Positions 17,472 to 25,861 of a DNA stretch of 32,000 nt are shown piece after piece. The DNA lies in assembly GCF_001997385.1 (NCBI RefSeq), contig NZ_CP019633.1:2910001-2942000 (forward strand), read 5' to 3'. This DNA is from Sedimentisphaera cyanobacteriorum. Its GTDB lineage: Bacteria > Planctomycetota > Phycisphaerae > Sedimentisphaerales > Sedimentisphaeraceae. Both the position numbers and the translations under genes were made by a program. The notes beneath the pieces are model-generated. The model had not been told where the DNA came from, made no database searches, and saw nothing but the letters and a program-made list of their open reading frames with translations. Positions within the stretch are counted from its first letter, which is position 1. Each line of letters starts with the position of its first letter.

Positions 17472-20400
17472 CTAAAATTTCCTCTTCTGAACGAATTCGA
17501 TCCAGTCCTCATCTTTTATAAGTTTTGCTTTTCCGTCTTTGCTGATATTATGAAGATTCATAAGGCCTTTGAGGGCAATATTGTAAGCCCCGTTTGCATC
17601 TGCGTTTTGCGGGATAGATGTTATGTTTTCCTGCTCGGCTATTCGCGAATCGAAGAAACTTGAATTATTCCCTTTCACCGGCGAGATTATAAAATCTCTC
17701 TCGATTTCTGCATTTTTGCAGGTGTGGCGCAGCTTCAAAAGCAAACGCAGATTGAAAATTATAGATTTGAAAAATGAAGCGTCTTCAACTTTCAAGATTT
17801 CATCTTTGAAGCATTGGCCTGAATCAAAAGAGATGCCTTCTGAATTGAAAAGCTCTGCAAGATTCTGAGTAACGTTGTGTTTTACAAATTTCCTTTCTTT
17901 GGGGCTGTAAGAGTATCTTTCCTGCCCGTAGGAGCAGATTGTCCAGCGGGTTCGTCCTTTGGGCTTTTGGGCTAATTTCTCAAAGTCTGCTTCAAACTCG
18001 AAATAGTTTTCCTTACGGTTGTACCTTACAGAATCAAAACTGCTCATAAAATCTTTCGCCTGCTTTTGATTTTTGTATTTAGGCTTAATCTGGTCTGTAA
18101 AACCTGTTGCAGGGTCTATTTTTGATGTATTCCAGGCCCGCACGTAGAAAAGAAAACCGCTCTGAGTACCAAGCTTTTCAAAGCTTATAAAAGGTGCTGT
18201 AAGCTGATAAGCTTTAAGGTAATGGCCGGGGGCGTCTTTTGAATTGACCTCTTTGAATACAAGGTAGTTCAGCTTTTGGATAAGGGCTTTTTCGAAATTC
18301 TGATACACCTGCTTTTCCACAGCAAACCGCCCTCGTTTGAAGCCTTTGTTTAAATCTTCCAGCACAACTATTGCATTATTCTGCACCATCAGCCCTGCAA
18401 GCTTATGAACCACGCGGGAAAGATAGCCGGCTTTGAGGTCTTTGATGCCCTCCACAGCTTTCCATGTTTCTCTGGCCTGCTGCCGCTGCTTTTCCCGCTC
18501 ATCAAGGAGACGATGATAATCTGTCGGGCGGCTTTCTTCTTCCCCGATTCTATTAAGCGAGCCCTGCTGGAGGATTTCGCCGTTCTGATTTATTAGCGTG
18601 TAGTAGAGAAGATGTCTCTCGCCCCTGTCTATTCCGATGATGTTTACATCGGGGTTGTCCTTAAGATATAGATTTACCTGCTCATTGAAACGGACAGGCT
18701 TGTCCTGTTTGAAATTCAGTGTTATCGGGCAGTGAAGGAAAAATTTGTCTTTAGTAAATCTTCTGTCTTTTGTAATGTCGTAATCAAATCTGCTTGAGGG
18801 CTTTTCATTTAATGGATTTTTGTTTTTAAGCGTTTCGCCTGCCCTGTGTATTATTTTATCGTTGTGTTTGATAGACCGGGGGCGGAAGAATATCTCTGCC
18901 TTCCCGTTGAGCTTAGCTGTTTTATCGAGAAGATTCTGCGTCTCAAAAAGGCTTTTCCAATAAATGGTGTGCAGGTTGGGCTTTCCTTTGCTGTATTCAG
19001 AGAAATCCTTGTTGTATATTTCGAAAAGATAAAGCTCGCCTGCGTTAACCTTTTCATTTATGTATGAAGCCTTTATCTTATCGAAACTGATTTCGTAACC
19101 GCTGGAATCAACTTCTTTGAGGAACTCATCAAGAGATTCATATTCCTTGGTGTCCTTGAAATGGAAAGTAAAGATTTCGGTATTGCGGTAGCATCTGAGA
19201 AATTCTTTGCAAAAATCAATCCACTTATGCAGAGCGGTTTTATACCCGGAAACATCACCAGTCTGGGTGAGATACCCTTTCTGAAACTTTTTCGGGTAAG
19301 TATCAGAAAGTTCTGATGATATTTCGCCTGTTTCTGTGTTGTATCTTAGATTGTTCAAATCAAAGATTTCTTTTGTTAAAGTAAGCGACTTTGCAAAACT
19401 TTTGCTTTGGATAATATAGTCTTCGCTGCTTTTTTGGAAATGAGCTTTAACTTCTTTAAGCTGGGTGGAGCATTTCGGGATTGTCTTTGAAGCGCCCAGC
19501 AATAAATGATAAACCATTTTTTCAAAATAATCTTCGCCTTCTTCTGCCAATACCTTTTGCTGAAGGCTCCGCTTTCTTTCCAAGCCCTTTTCGCTTTCAC
19601 TGCCTGCTATTTTATAGTTGAAAATCTGAGAGTTATACCTGTTTATAATTCCGAGATAGAATTTTTCCCGCTTTCTGAAAATAACAGAAAGATTAGCCGT
19701 TTCCTTATCCAGTGACCAGCCGTAAAGCAGGGTAGCTGTGTCGAAATTGATTTTGAATTTGTCTTTGCTGTATGGCTTTTTGGTGGCGTAATTTCTCACC
19801 TTATTGTAGAGTTTGAAAAATGTTTTCAGTTTTTCGTATAAAGGGTCAAAGCTTTCGCAGAAATCTTTGTTCAAATTCGCTGCCTTCGGCCTCATTTTCT
19901 CCTTTTCAAGGTAGAGGGGCTTCAAAAAACGCTCCAGATTTAAAACCGAATCGAGCAGATTTTTGATCTTTTCGATATTTTCCTCTCGCTGCTTTCCGCT
20001 GCCCAGTTCTGCCTGGTTAAGAACTATTCCTGCCTGACGTAGATTATTGTTTATTTCTTCTATTAGGCCTGCATCTTCTTCGCTGCCTCTGGGCTTGTAA
20101 TTCATTTTGCGGAAATATTCAATTAGAGAGGCGTTTTGAACTCCGTTTTCGAGGGTTGGGATATATTCATCGATTGCCTGCTGAAGCTCGGCGATGCTGT
20201 AAAAATCCTTTTTGGCATATTTCTCTTTGTCGCTTTTTCTGGTAAAGTTGTTTTCTGCCGCTTGAGTAACGGCATCTTTGATTATACCCCAGCTGCCTGA
20301 ACCCCAAATGTTCGCTGAGATTTTTGTTAGAAAGGCGTTCCTGATGTAGAGCTGTCCCTGATATTCGGGGAGCATAAAGTTTTCGAGAGCTGATTTTAGT

Positions 20401-21404
20401 TTAGTGAAAAATTCTTCATTGATTAAGCCATCTTTGCTGAAAACATTTTTGAGAGCTTCGGTAAGTTCGCTGTCTTTTTCGAATTCATCTATAACTACGC
20501 TCTTTTCTCTGTCGCTGAGAATCTGCTTGTAGAGCTTGGCGAAAAACGGGGGCTTATCAGAGCCCTTGAGATGGTTTTTCTGGGTGAAAAGGTTGATTTT
20601 CATATTGGCCTTCTGATCCTTCTCGTCTTTCCCGCCAATTGCGCTGATATTGTAATAATCAATTCCGGACTGGTTCATGCAATTAATGAAATATGAAGGC
20701 TTGAAGAATTCTTCAAAATCCTTTAGCTCTTCAGCAAGATCAGGGTATTTGCTTTTTATTTTTTCCAATCTCTGGCAGTTATCGAAATGCTTAACCATAT
20801 TTTCGTTTATGGTGCGAAAAGATATGGCTGTAGCCTTAGCCTCTTTGGAATACATATTTGCCCTGTTTTTATCAAAGCCAACAAAATATGTAGAAAATTT
20901 TTCGAAATATTCGATAAGCCCTGCATTATGATCAAACTCTTCCTTCTCAATCCTGCCTGCCCTGTAATTTTTTTCGAGCCATTGATAGAGCTTTGATTCT
21001 TTGTTCTTGCCTATTAATTCGTTATTTTCCCCCATTACAGCCCATTCCTTAGTGGCTTTGCTGAACATGGCTGCAATTTTTTTTCTGAGATGCTCGTATT
21101 GTTTAGTTAATGTTTCGCCGTCTTTCTCTTTCTGGGCTTCTTTATAGAGCTGATAAGTTTGCTTGAAATCTTCTTCGCTTAAAGTTTGCTGCCTTGCAAA
21201 GGCCTGTTCTATGAAATCCCTGTGGTATGAATCAATAACTTCTTTGAGCTGCTTGTAAGCCTCTGTCCTTTCGCGGTCTTTTTCAACAGTCTGCTTGAGC
21301 CCTCCACTTTTGAAATCTTCAATTTTTTCTGCTGTCTCTCCAACAGGACGAAGCTCAAATCGGAGCGTTTTGGTAAGAGAATACTGATTGGTGAATTCCT
21401 TCAT
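17472..21404 (-). CDS. cas12a: type V-A CRISPR effector Cas12a (Cpf1)
   Basis: 1310 aa. N-terminus KEFTNQYSLTKTLRFELRPVGET matches the conserved Cas12a N-terminal motif (compare SKTLRFELIPQGKT). RuvC-I IGIDRGERHLLYY (Asp codon 18627-18629, residue 926). RuvC-II VVLEDLN (Glu codon 18357-18359, residue 1016). RuvC-III QNADANGAYNIALKG (Asp codon 17598-17600, residue 1269). No HNH insert. Crowded His/Lys segment IIHRAGETLKNKN…KDRRFTKDKFFLHCPITLNF resembles the Cas12a pre-crRNA-processing site. Confidence 0.95.
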   Translation of the reverse strand: MKEFTNQYSLTKTLRFELRPVGETAEKIEDFKSGGLKQTVEKDRERTEAYKQLKEVIDSYHRDFIEQAFARQQTLSEEDFKQTYQLYKEAQKEKDGETLTKQYEHLRKKIAAMFSKATKEWAVMGENNELIGKNKESKLYQWLEKNYRAGRIEKEEFDHNAGLIEYFEKFSTYFVGFDKNRANMYSKEAKATAISFRTINENMVKHFDNCQRLEKIKSKYPDLAEELKDFEEFFKPSYFINCMNQSGIDYYNISAIGGKDEKDQKANMKINLFTQKNHLKGSDKPPFFAKLYKQILSDREKSVVIDEFEKDSELTEALKNVFSKDGLINEEFFTKLKSALENFMLPEYQGQLYIRNAFLTKISANIWGSGSWGIIKDAVTQAAENNFTRKSDKEKYAKKDFYSIAELQQAIDEYIPTLENGVQNASLIEYFRKMNYKPRGSEEDAGLIEEINNNLRQAGIVLNQAELGSGKQREENIEKIKNLLDSVLNLERFLKPLYLEKEKMRPKAANLNKDFCESFDPLYEKLKTFFKLYNKVRNYATKKPYSKDKFKINFDTATLLYGWSLDKETANLSVIFRKREKFYLGIINRYNSQIFNYKIAGSESEKGLERKRSLQQKVLAEEGEDYFEKMVYHLLLGASKTIPKCSTQLKEVKAHFQKSSEDYIIQSKSFAKSLTLTKEIFDLNNLRYNTETGEISSELSDTYPKKFQKGYLTQTGDVSGYKTALHKWIDFCKEFLRCYRNTEIFTFHFKDTKEYESLDEFLKEVDSSGYEISFDKIKASYINEKVNAGELYLFEIYNKDFSEYSKGKPNLHTIYWKSLFETQNLLDKTAKLNGKAEIFFRPRSIKHNDKIIHRAGETLKNKNPLNEKPSSRFDYDITKDRRFTKDKFFLHCPITLNFKQDKPVRFNEQVNLYLKDNPDVNIIGIDRGERHLLYYTLINQNGEILQQGSLNRIGEEESRPTDYHRLLDEREKQRQQARETWKAVEGIKDLKAGYLSRVVHKLAGLMVQNNAIVVLEDLNKGFKRGRFAVEKQVYQNFEKALIQKLNYLVFKEVNSKDAPGHYLKAYQLTAPFISFEKLGTQSGFLFYVRAWNTSKIDPATGFTDQIKPKYKNQKQAKDFMSSFDSVRYNRKENYFEFEADFEKLAQKPKGRTRWTICSYGQERYSYSPKERKFVKHNVTQNLAELFNSEGISFDSGQCFKDEILKVEDASFFKSIIFNLRLLLKLRHTCKNAEIERDFIISPVKGNNSSFFDSRIAEQENITSIPQNADANGAYNIALKGLMNLHNISKDGKAKLIKDEDWIEFVQKRKF

Positions 21405-21501
21405 TTGGATTTCTCCTTAAATAAAAATACAAGTCTTTTTTTTTAAGGGCTTAGGAGGGAGATGCAAACACAGAGCTCGGTGCCACCCATAAACAACAGG
21501 T

Positions 21502-21532
21502 ATTATAATAGCAGGATTTCATCAGAAATCAA
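21502..21532 (-). promoter_or_regulatory. candidate promoter upstream of cas12a
   Basis: Minus strand reads TTGATT (21532-21527), then TATTATAAT (-10 candidates at 21510-21505 or 21507-21502, spacer 16 or 19 nt). About 100 nt upstream of the ATG. AAGGAG Shine-Dalgarno just before the start codon. Confidence 0.3.
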
Positions 21533-21700
21533 GAGCTGTTTATTGGTATAGCCAAATAGCCATCTTTTCTGCGGGCTGTAAAATTGCGGTTTGAGAAAAA
21601 AATCGTGTGTGTATAATATCCGGCTGGAGAGAAAAATATCAAATCGGTGGAAAATCGTTTACTCAGCTTGTGCCTCTCCCCTGTCTTTGAACAGTAATAA

Positions 21701-22525
21701 TTAGACAAATTCCTTCAAACAGCAGTTTTTTCCTTTTGCCCCTTCAGAATTATTTTGAGGGGTGAAAGGCAAAAAACTGCGGACATACTCTACAGGAGCT
21801 TTCCCTCCCAGTGATTCGTGCCCACGCTCATAATTATATTCTATAAGCCAATCTAAAGTTAAATTACGAGCTTCTGATAAATTCTTAAAACTGTACATAT
21901 CAAGTATATCCTCTCGATAACTCCGATTGAATCGTTCAATAAAACTGTTTTGCTGAGGCTTGCCTGCTTCTATACGGCGGTGCCTGATTCTGTTTCGGCA
22001 GCAGAACCTGCGAAATTGAAGGCTCCTAAATTCCGGCCCATTATCGCTGCGAATAAAGCGGGGGAAACCCCGATCAGAGCCTATTAATTCAAGGCTACGA
22101 ATTATGCGAAGCGAAGGTAAGCTCGTGTCGATCTCAATATCCAATGCCTCACGGTTAAACTCATCGATAACGTTGAAAGCCCTGAATGGCCGACCATTAC
22201 TCAAACTATCGCTCATAAAATCAATACTCCATATCTCATTAGCTCTCGTGGCTTCTGGCATAGGTTTACGCTCTATTTGCCTTATCAAATTCTTTTTACG
22301 GTTGTTAAGCTGAAATTCATTTTCCTTATAAACACGATAAACCTTTTTGTGATTCCAGCTATATCCCTTGCGGCGGATACTGTCGAATATCTTTGGAAAT
22401 CCGCGTCGAGGACGGGAATCTATTACCAGCTCTATCTGTCTTTTTACCTCAGCATCATCGTTTCTTGAAGGAGTATAGTAAAAACTGCCCCGGCTGATGC
22501 CTGCTGCTTTACAAGATGATTGCAC
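21701..22525 (-). CDS. IS3-family transposase OrfB (DDE integrase domain), normally made as an OrfAB fusion
   Basis: Motifs WSIDFMSD, IRSDNGPEF, NSFIERFNRSYREDIL. The frame is open upstream to the slippery site in orfA. Confidence 0.9.
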   Translation of the reverse strand: MQSSCKAAGISRGSFYYTPSRNDDAEVKRQIELVIDSRPRRGFPKIFDSIRRKGYSWNHKKVYRVYKENEFQLNNRKKNLIRQIERKPMPEATRANEIWSIDFMSDSLSNGRPFRAFNVIDEFNREALDIEIDTSLPSLRIIRSLELIGSDRGFPRFIRSDNGPEFRSLQFRRFCCRNRIRHRRIEAGKPQQNSFIERFNRSYREDILDMYSFKNLSEARNLTLDWLIEYNYERGHESLGGKAPVEYVRSFLPFTPQNNSEGAKGKNCCLKEFV

Positions 22526-22578
22526 GCATAAGCCCTTAGAATGTGCCTGCCTGGCAAAATCCTTTCGCTCGGCAGGCT

Positions 22579-22845
22579 TTAGAAGTTTTTTTCTATTAAA
22601 TCCTTGAGAACGTTATTCTCTAATGATAAGTCCGCATACATCTTTTTGAGCTTGCCGTTCTCTCGCTCTAACTCGCGTAAACGCCTTATCTCACTGCCGC
22701 CAATACCAGAATACTTGCTCTTCCAGTTGTAAAATGTGGCACGGGATATGCCGTATTTCCTGGTCAAATCACTGACCTCTAAACCGGCTTCTGACTCCTT
22801 GAGAATCGAAAGTATCTGGCTTTCACTAAACCTCGATCTTCGCAT
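22579..22845 (-). CDS. IS3-family transposase OrfA (HTH)
   Basis: 88 aa. MRRSRFSESQILSILKESEAGLEVSDLTRKYGISRATFYNWKSKY followed by a leucine-zipper-like tail. Confidence 0.9.
   Translation of the reverse strand: MRRSRFSESQILSILKESEAGLEVSDLTRKYGISRATFYNWKSKYSGIGGSEIRRLRELERENGKLKKMYADLSLENNVLKDLIEKNF
22585..22591 (-). promoter_or_regulatory. programmed -1 ribosomal frameshift heptamer A AAA AAC
   Basis: Minus strand reads gaA AAA AAC ttc taa at the end of orfA. Shifting -1 gives KKLLKPAERKDFARQAHSKGLCVQSSCKAAG…, which continues into OrfB. Confidence 0.65.
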
Positions 22846-23044
22846 TTTAAGTTCCTTTCTAAATATTTGAGTTGGTTTATATTATTCAGGAACCGTCTAA
22901 TTTAAAGTGTTCAATTCTATGGGAGAGCTACAAGCTAAATGAACAGACCCGAGCAGATGATAGTGTGAAATTTTTTCTGCAAATTTGGAATAATCTTGCA
23001 TAATCTGTGATGAGATTTTGTTGTGAAAATGGTGTAGAATAAAA

Positions 23045-23117
23045 GTGAGGGTGTTGGGGCTCGAACCCAAGACCTACGGCTTAAAAGGCCGTTGCTCTAC
23101 CAGCTGAGCTACACCCT
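23045..23117 (-). tRNA. tRNA-Lys (UUU)
   Basis: Manual cloverleaf on the minus strand: acceptor GAGGGTG/CACCCTC, anticodon stem acggc/gccgt with loop CTTTTAA, T-arm ttggg-ttcgagc-cccaa. 73 nt, no encoded CCA. Confidence 0.9.
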
Positions 23118-23601
23118 CGATGAAATGCTTAAAATCAGGCGAGACGGCATAACATACAAAAAATAGCCTCCAATGCAAGCAAAAACCCTTTCCCAAATTG
23201 AAATATTTTAAAATTAAATGGCTTTTTCGTCAGAAGCCTCTATATTTGATAAATCTGAACAGGCCGCAGATTGTCTGCTGAGAATTGAGGACAGTTAAAC
23301 TGCTGTCTGCTAAAAACCGCTGCTTATATTTCTCATACTCAATCCAAATTCTTAAACATTGCTGTATGCTAAGATACAAGAGGAATAGTTCGTTCCGCAG
23401 CGATTGGTCAAAGGGATGTTACAAAAAATGGGCTAAAATAATAGAAATATTAGTCCGTAGTATTATTGCGCATTGAAAATATATATAATAATTCGTAAAA
23501 TTTTAACCTGTTTAGACATATAACTTATGAATCAAGCTGATATATTAGAAAAATTTATTGCAGAAGCTGAGTTTTGAAGTTTACTTTAGTTATTAATTTT
23601 T

Positions 23602-25305
23602 ATGAGAGGATCTAAGATGGATCAGAATAAGTTTATCAAGGCGTTTTTATTTTGCATGTTCTTAATTTCTGCGGGTGCAGCGGCAGCAGAGATGACCCCG
23701 CCGGTGAAGGCTCCGTTCGAGAAGCTTGATACCTACTGCGTGAACGATTGGTGGAATCACGCCGAGAAGATTAAAGACAATGCTAATAAGATTGTCGATG
23801 TTGATGTGCCTCGTGATGAGGTAATCTGCTTCGGTATGTACACAACCGAAGACAGTGTGCTCAAGCTCACTGCCCAGCTCTTTCCGCTGTATCCAAACGA
23901 AACGCGTACGGTTCGTCTGGAATTTATGCAGGACGGCAAATGGCAGGAGGCCGCACGCGAAGAGGTGAACGATATAGGCTGGTCTTGTCTTTTCCGGATT
24001 GAAGACTGGGATGAATCCAAAGACGTTCGCTACCGCCTCCGCCACGGTAAAAAGGCCGAGTTTGAAGGGCTTATACGAAAAGACCCCGTAAACAAGGAGG
24101 AGATTACCGTGGCCTCGCTCAACTGCAACTCCAACAAAGACCGCGGTATGCGAGAGAATTACGTTCGCAACCTAAGAGCACTCGACCCAGACCTTCTCTT
24201 CTTTGCCGGCGATCAAAGCTACGACCATCGCGAGCATACTGCTGCTTGGCTGCTTTTCGGCTTGCAGTTCCGCGATGTCTTCCGCGACCGCCCCTGCATT
24301 ACCATCCCCGACGACCACGACATAGGCCAAGGGAATCTCTGGGGCGAGGGCGGCAAAAAGGCCCTCAGCCCAGCAGGCGATCACGGCGGCTATTTCTACG
24401 ACCCTGATTACGTAAAGATGGTGGAACGCTGCCAGACCTCGCATCTGCCGGACCCGTACGACCCTACACCCATAAAGCAGGGCATTGGCGTGTACTACAC
24501 AGAGCTCAGCGTTGGGGAGGTGAGCTTTGCAATAGTCGAAGATCGCAAATTCAAGAGCGGGCCGGCCAAGAAGATACCGCAGATGGGGCCAAGACCTGAT
24601 CACGTTAGAGATACCACCTACGACCCCAAAACAATCGACCTCGAGGGGCTAAAGCTCTTGGGCGACAGGCAGCTGAAGTTCTTGAACGACTGGGCAGACC
24701 AGCCTGCGCCGCTTAAAGCCGTGCTCTCCCAGACGGGCTTCTGCGGGGCGGCAACACGCCACGGGAATTTCAAGAATCTGCTCCACGCAGACCTCGACAG
24801 CAACGGTTGGCCGCAGACAGGGCGAAAGAAAGCCCTGAGGGTTATAAACAAGGCCGGCGCAGTGCATCTTGCCGGCGACCAGCACCTGACAACGCTTGTT
24901 CGCCACGGGATCGATGAATTCCGCGACGGGCCTTTCGCTTTTGTTGCCCCTGCTATTATCAACACATATTACCATCGCTGGTGGTCTCCGGCGGATGAAA
25001 AGCCCGGCAAAAACCGCGAGCCGAATAATCCGCTCAAATACACCGGCGACTATCTCGACGGATTCAATAACAAGATTACTATGTACGCTTATGCCAACCC
25101 CTATATCAAAAACGATATACTCAAAGACGGCTTCGGGCTTATCCGCTTCGACAAGAAAGATAAAAGCGTTACGTTTGAATGCTGGCCGAGGAAGTGCGAT
25201 GTTACCAAATCCAGTGCTGAGCAGATGACTGGCTGGCCGCGCACGGTAACCAGAGTAAAAACAGATGACGGCGGTTACGACTGGAAGATTCATCCGATTA
25301 AATGA
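23602..25305 (+). CDS. secreted PhoD-like/calcineurin-type metallophosphatase
   Basis: 567 aa. Signal-peptide-like N-terminus (FLFCMFLISAGAAAAEM). Metallophosphatase-type motif series FFAGDQSYDH, IPDDHDIGQGN, VHLAGDQH. Alternative ATG at 23617. Confidence 0.6.
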   Translation: MRGSKMDQNKFIKAFLFCMFLISAGAAAAEMTPPVKAPFEKLDTYCVNDWWNHAEKIKDNANKIVDVDVPRDEVICFGMYTTEDSVLKLTAQLFPLYPNETRTVRLEFMQDGKWQEAAREEVNDIGWSCLFRIEDWDESKDVRYRLRHGKKAEFEGLIRKDPVNKEEITVASLNCNSNKDRGMRENYVRNLRALDPDLLFFAGDQSYDHREHTAAWLLFGLQFRDVFRDRPCITIPDDHDIGQGNLWGEGGKKALSPAGDHGGYFYDPDYVKMVERCQTSHLPDPYDPTPIKQGIGVYYTELSVGEVSFAIVEDRKFKSGPAKKIPQMGPRPDHVRDTTYDPKTIDLEGLKLLGDRQLKFLNDWADQPAPLKAVLSQTGFCGAATRHGNFKNLLHADLDSNGWPQTGRKKALRVINKAGAVHLAGDQHLTTLVRHGIDEFRDGPFAFVAPAIINTYYHRWWSPADEKPGKNREPNNPLKYTGDYLDGFNNKITMYAYANPYIKNDILKDGFGLIRFDKKDKSVTFECWPRKCDVTKSSAEQMTGWPRTVTRVKTDDGGYDWKIHPIK

Positions 25306-25859
25306 AATCCGGAAAAGCAAATAAATGGGCAATAGCGTTTGCAGGCCTTGCAGTTATTGCCTGTTTATACATTATAGAGCTGAGCAAAATTGAAGTGGGC
25401 GGCTCGCAGAGGGTTCCCGGTTTGGATAATGTGAAGGCCAGCGATGCTGATAAACAGTGGGCGCCGTTTTACCGCGTTCGTGCATCGCTGATAGACAATC
25501 AGACCGCAGAATTTGACATTCCTGAGAAGCTTCGCCGCAAGGACGGCGAGCAAATCACTCTAACCGGAGCAGCGATGTTTTACGGCTCCGGCTGCTCCGC
25601 TTCGGGGGATAAGGTTTCTGTGGAATACTTTTTTCTCGTTCCTTCATTATCGATTGCTGATGCCTGCACAATCCTGCCTGAGGTTATGATGAGGTATCGC
25701 GTGCGTGTGAATCTCGCGGAGCCTTGGGTTCTCTCCCGTGTTGAGATGACTGCGGCTATTGTACGTTTGAGCGGGAGGTTCCGGATAGACACTTCGAAAC
25801 CGTTTGAAGCCGCATTTATTGTGGATGAGGCTGAATGCTCGCTTGCAGAGAATGATTAG
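25302..25859 (+). CDS. membrane-anchored hypothetical protein (possibly DUF3299-like)
   Basis: 185 aa. N-terminal hydrophobic anchor WAIAFAGLAVIACLYII. ATGA overlap with the upstream gene. The YFFLVPSLSIADAC segment is reminiscent of DUF3299; assigned from memory only. Confidence 0.5.
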   Translation: MKSGKANKWAIAFAGLAVIACLYIIELSKIEVGGSQRVPGLDNVKASDADKQWAPFYRVRASLIDNQTAEFDIPEKLRRKDGEQITLTGAAMFYGSGCSASGDKVSVEYFFLVPSLSIADACTILPEVMMRYRVRVNLAEPWVLSRVEMTAAIVRLSGRFRIDTSKPFEAAFIVDEAECSLAEND

Positions 25860-25861
25860 CT

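Larger units (their letters stand above)
21669..22932 (-). mobile_element. IS3-family insertion sequence (1264 bp) with 4-bp target duplication
   Basis: Ends are TGTGCCTCTCCC… (21669) and …GGGAGAGCTACA (22932). They form an imperfect inverted repeat of about 38 bp (26/38 by my alignment) with TG…CA termini. Flanked by AGCT at 21665-21668 and 22933-22936. Confidence 0.9.

Noticed and set aside
17472-21404. Considered whether the large effector could be a Cas9-like or Cas12b/other type V protein.
   Set aside because: There is no HNH motif between RuvC-II and RuvC-III, no Cas9 arginine-rich bridge-helix context, and no tracrRNA. The N-terminal TLRFEL motif and the repeat hairpin are specific to Cas12a as far as I know.
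23285-23476. 63-aa ORF in the AT-rich intergenic region between tRNA-Lys and the phosphatase gene.
   Set aside because: It has no RBS, motif or operon context, and the region reads as promoter or spacer DNA.
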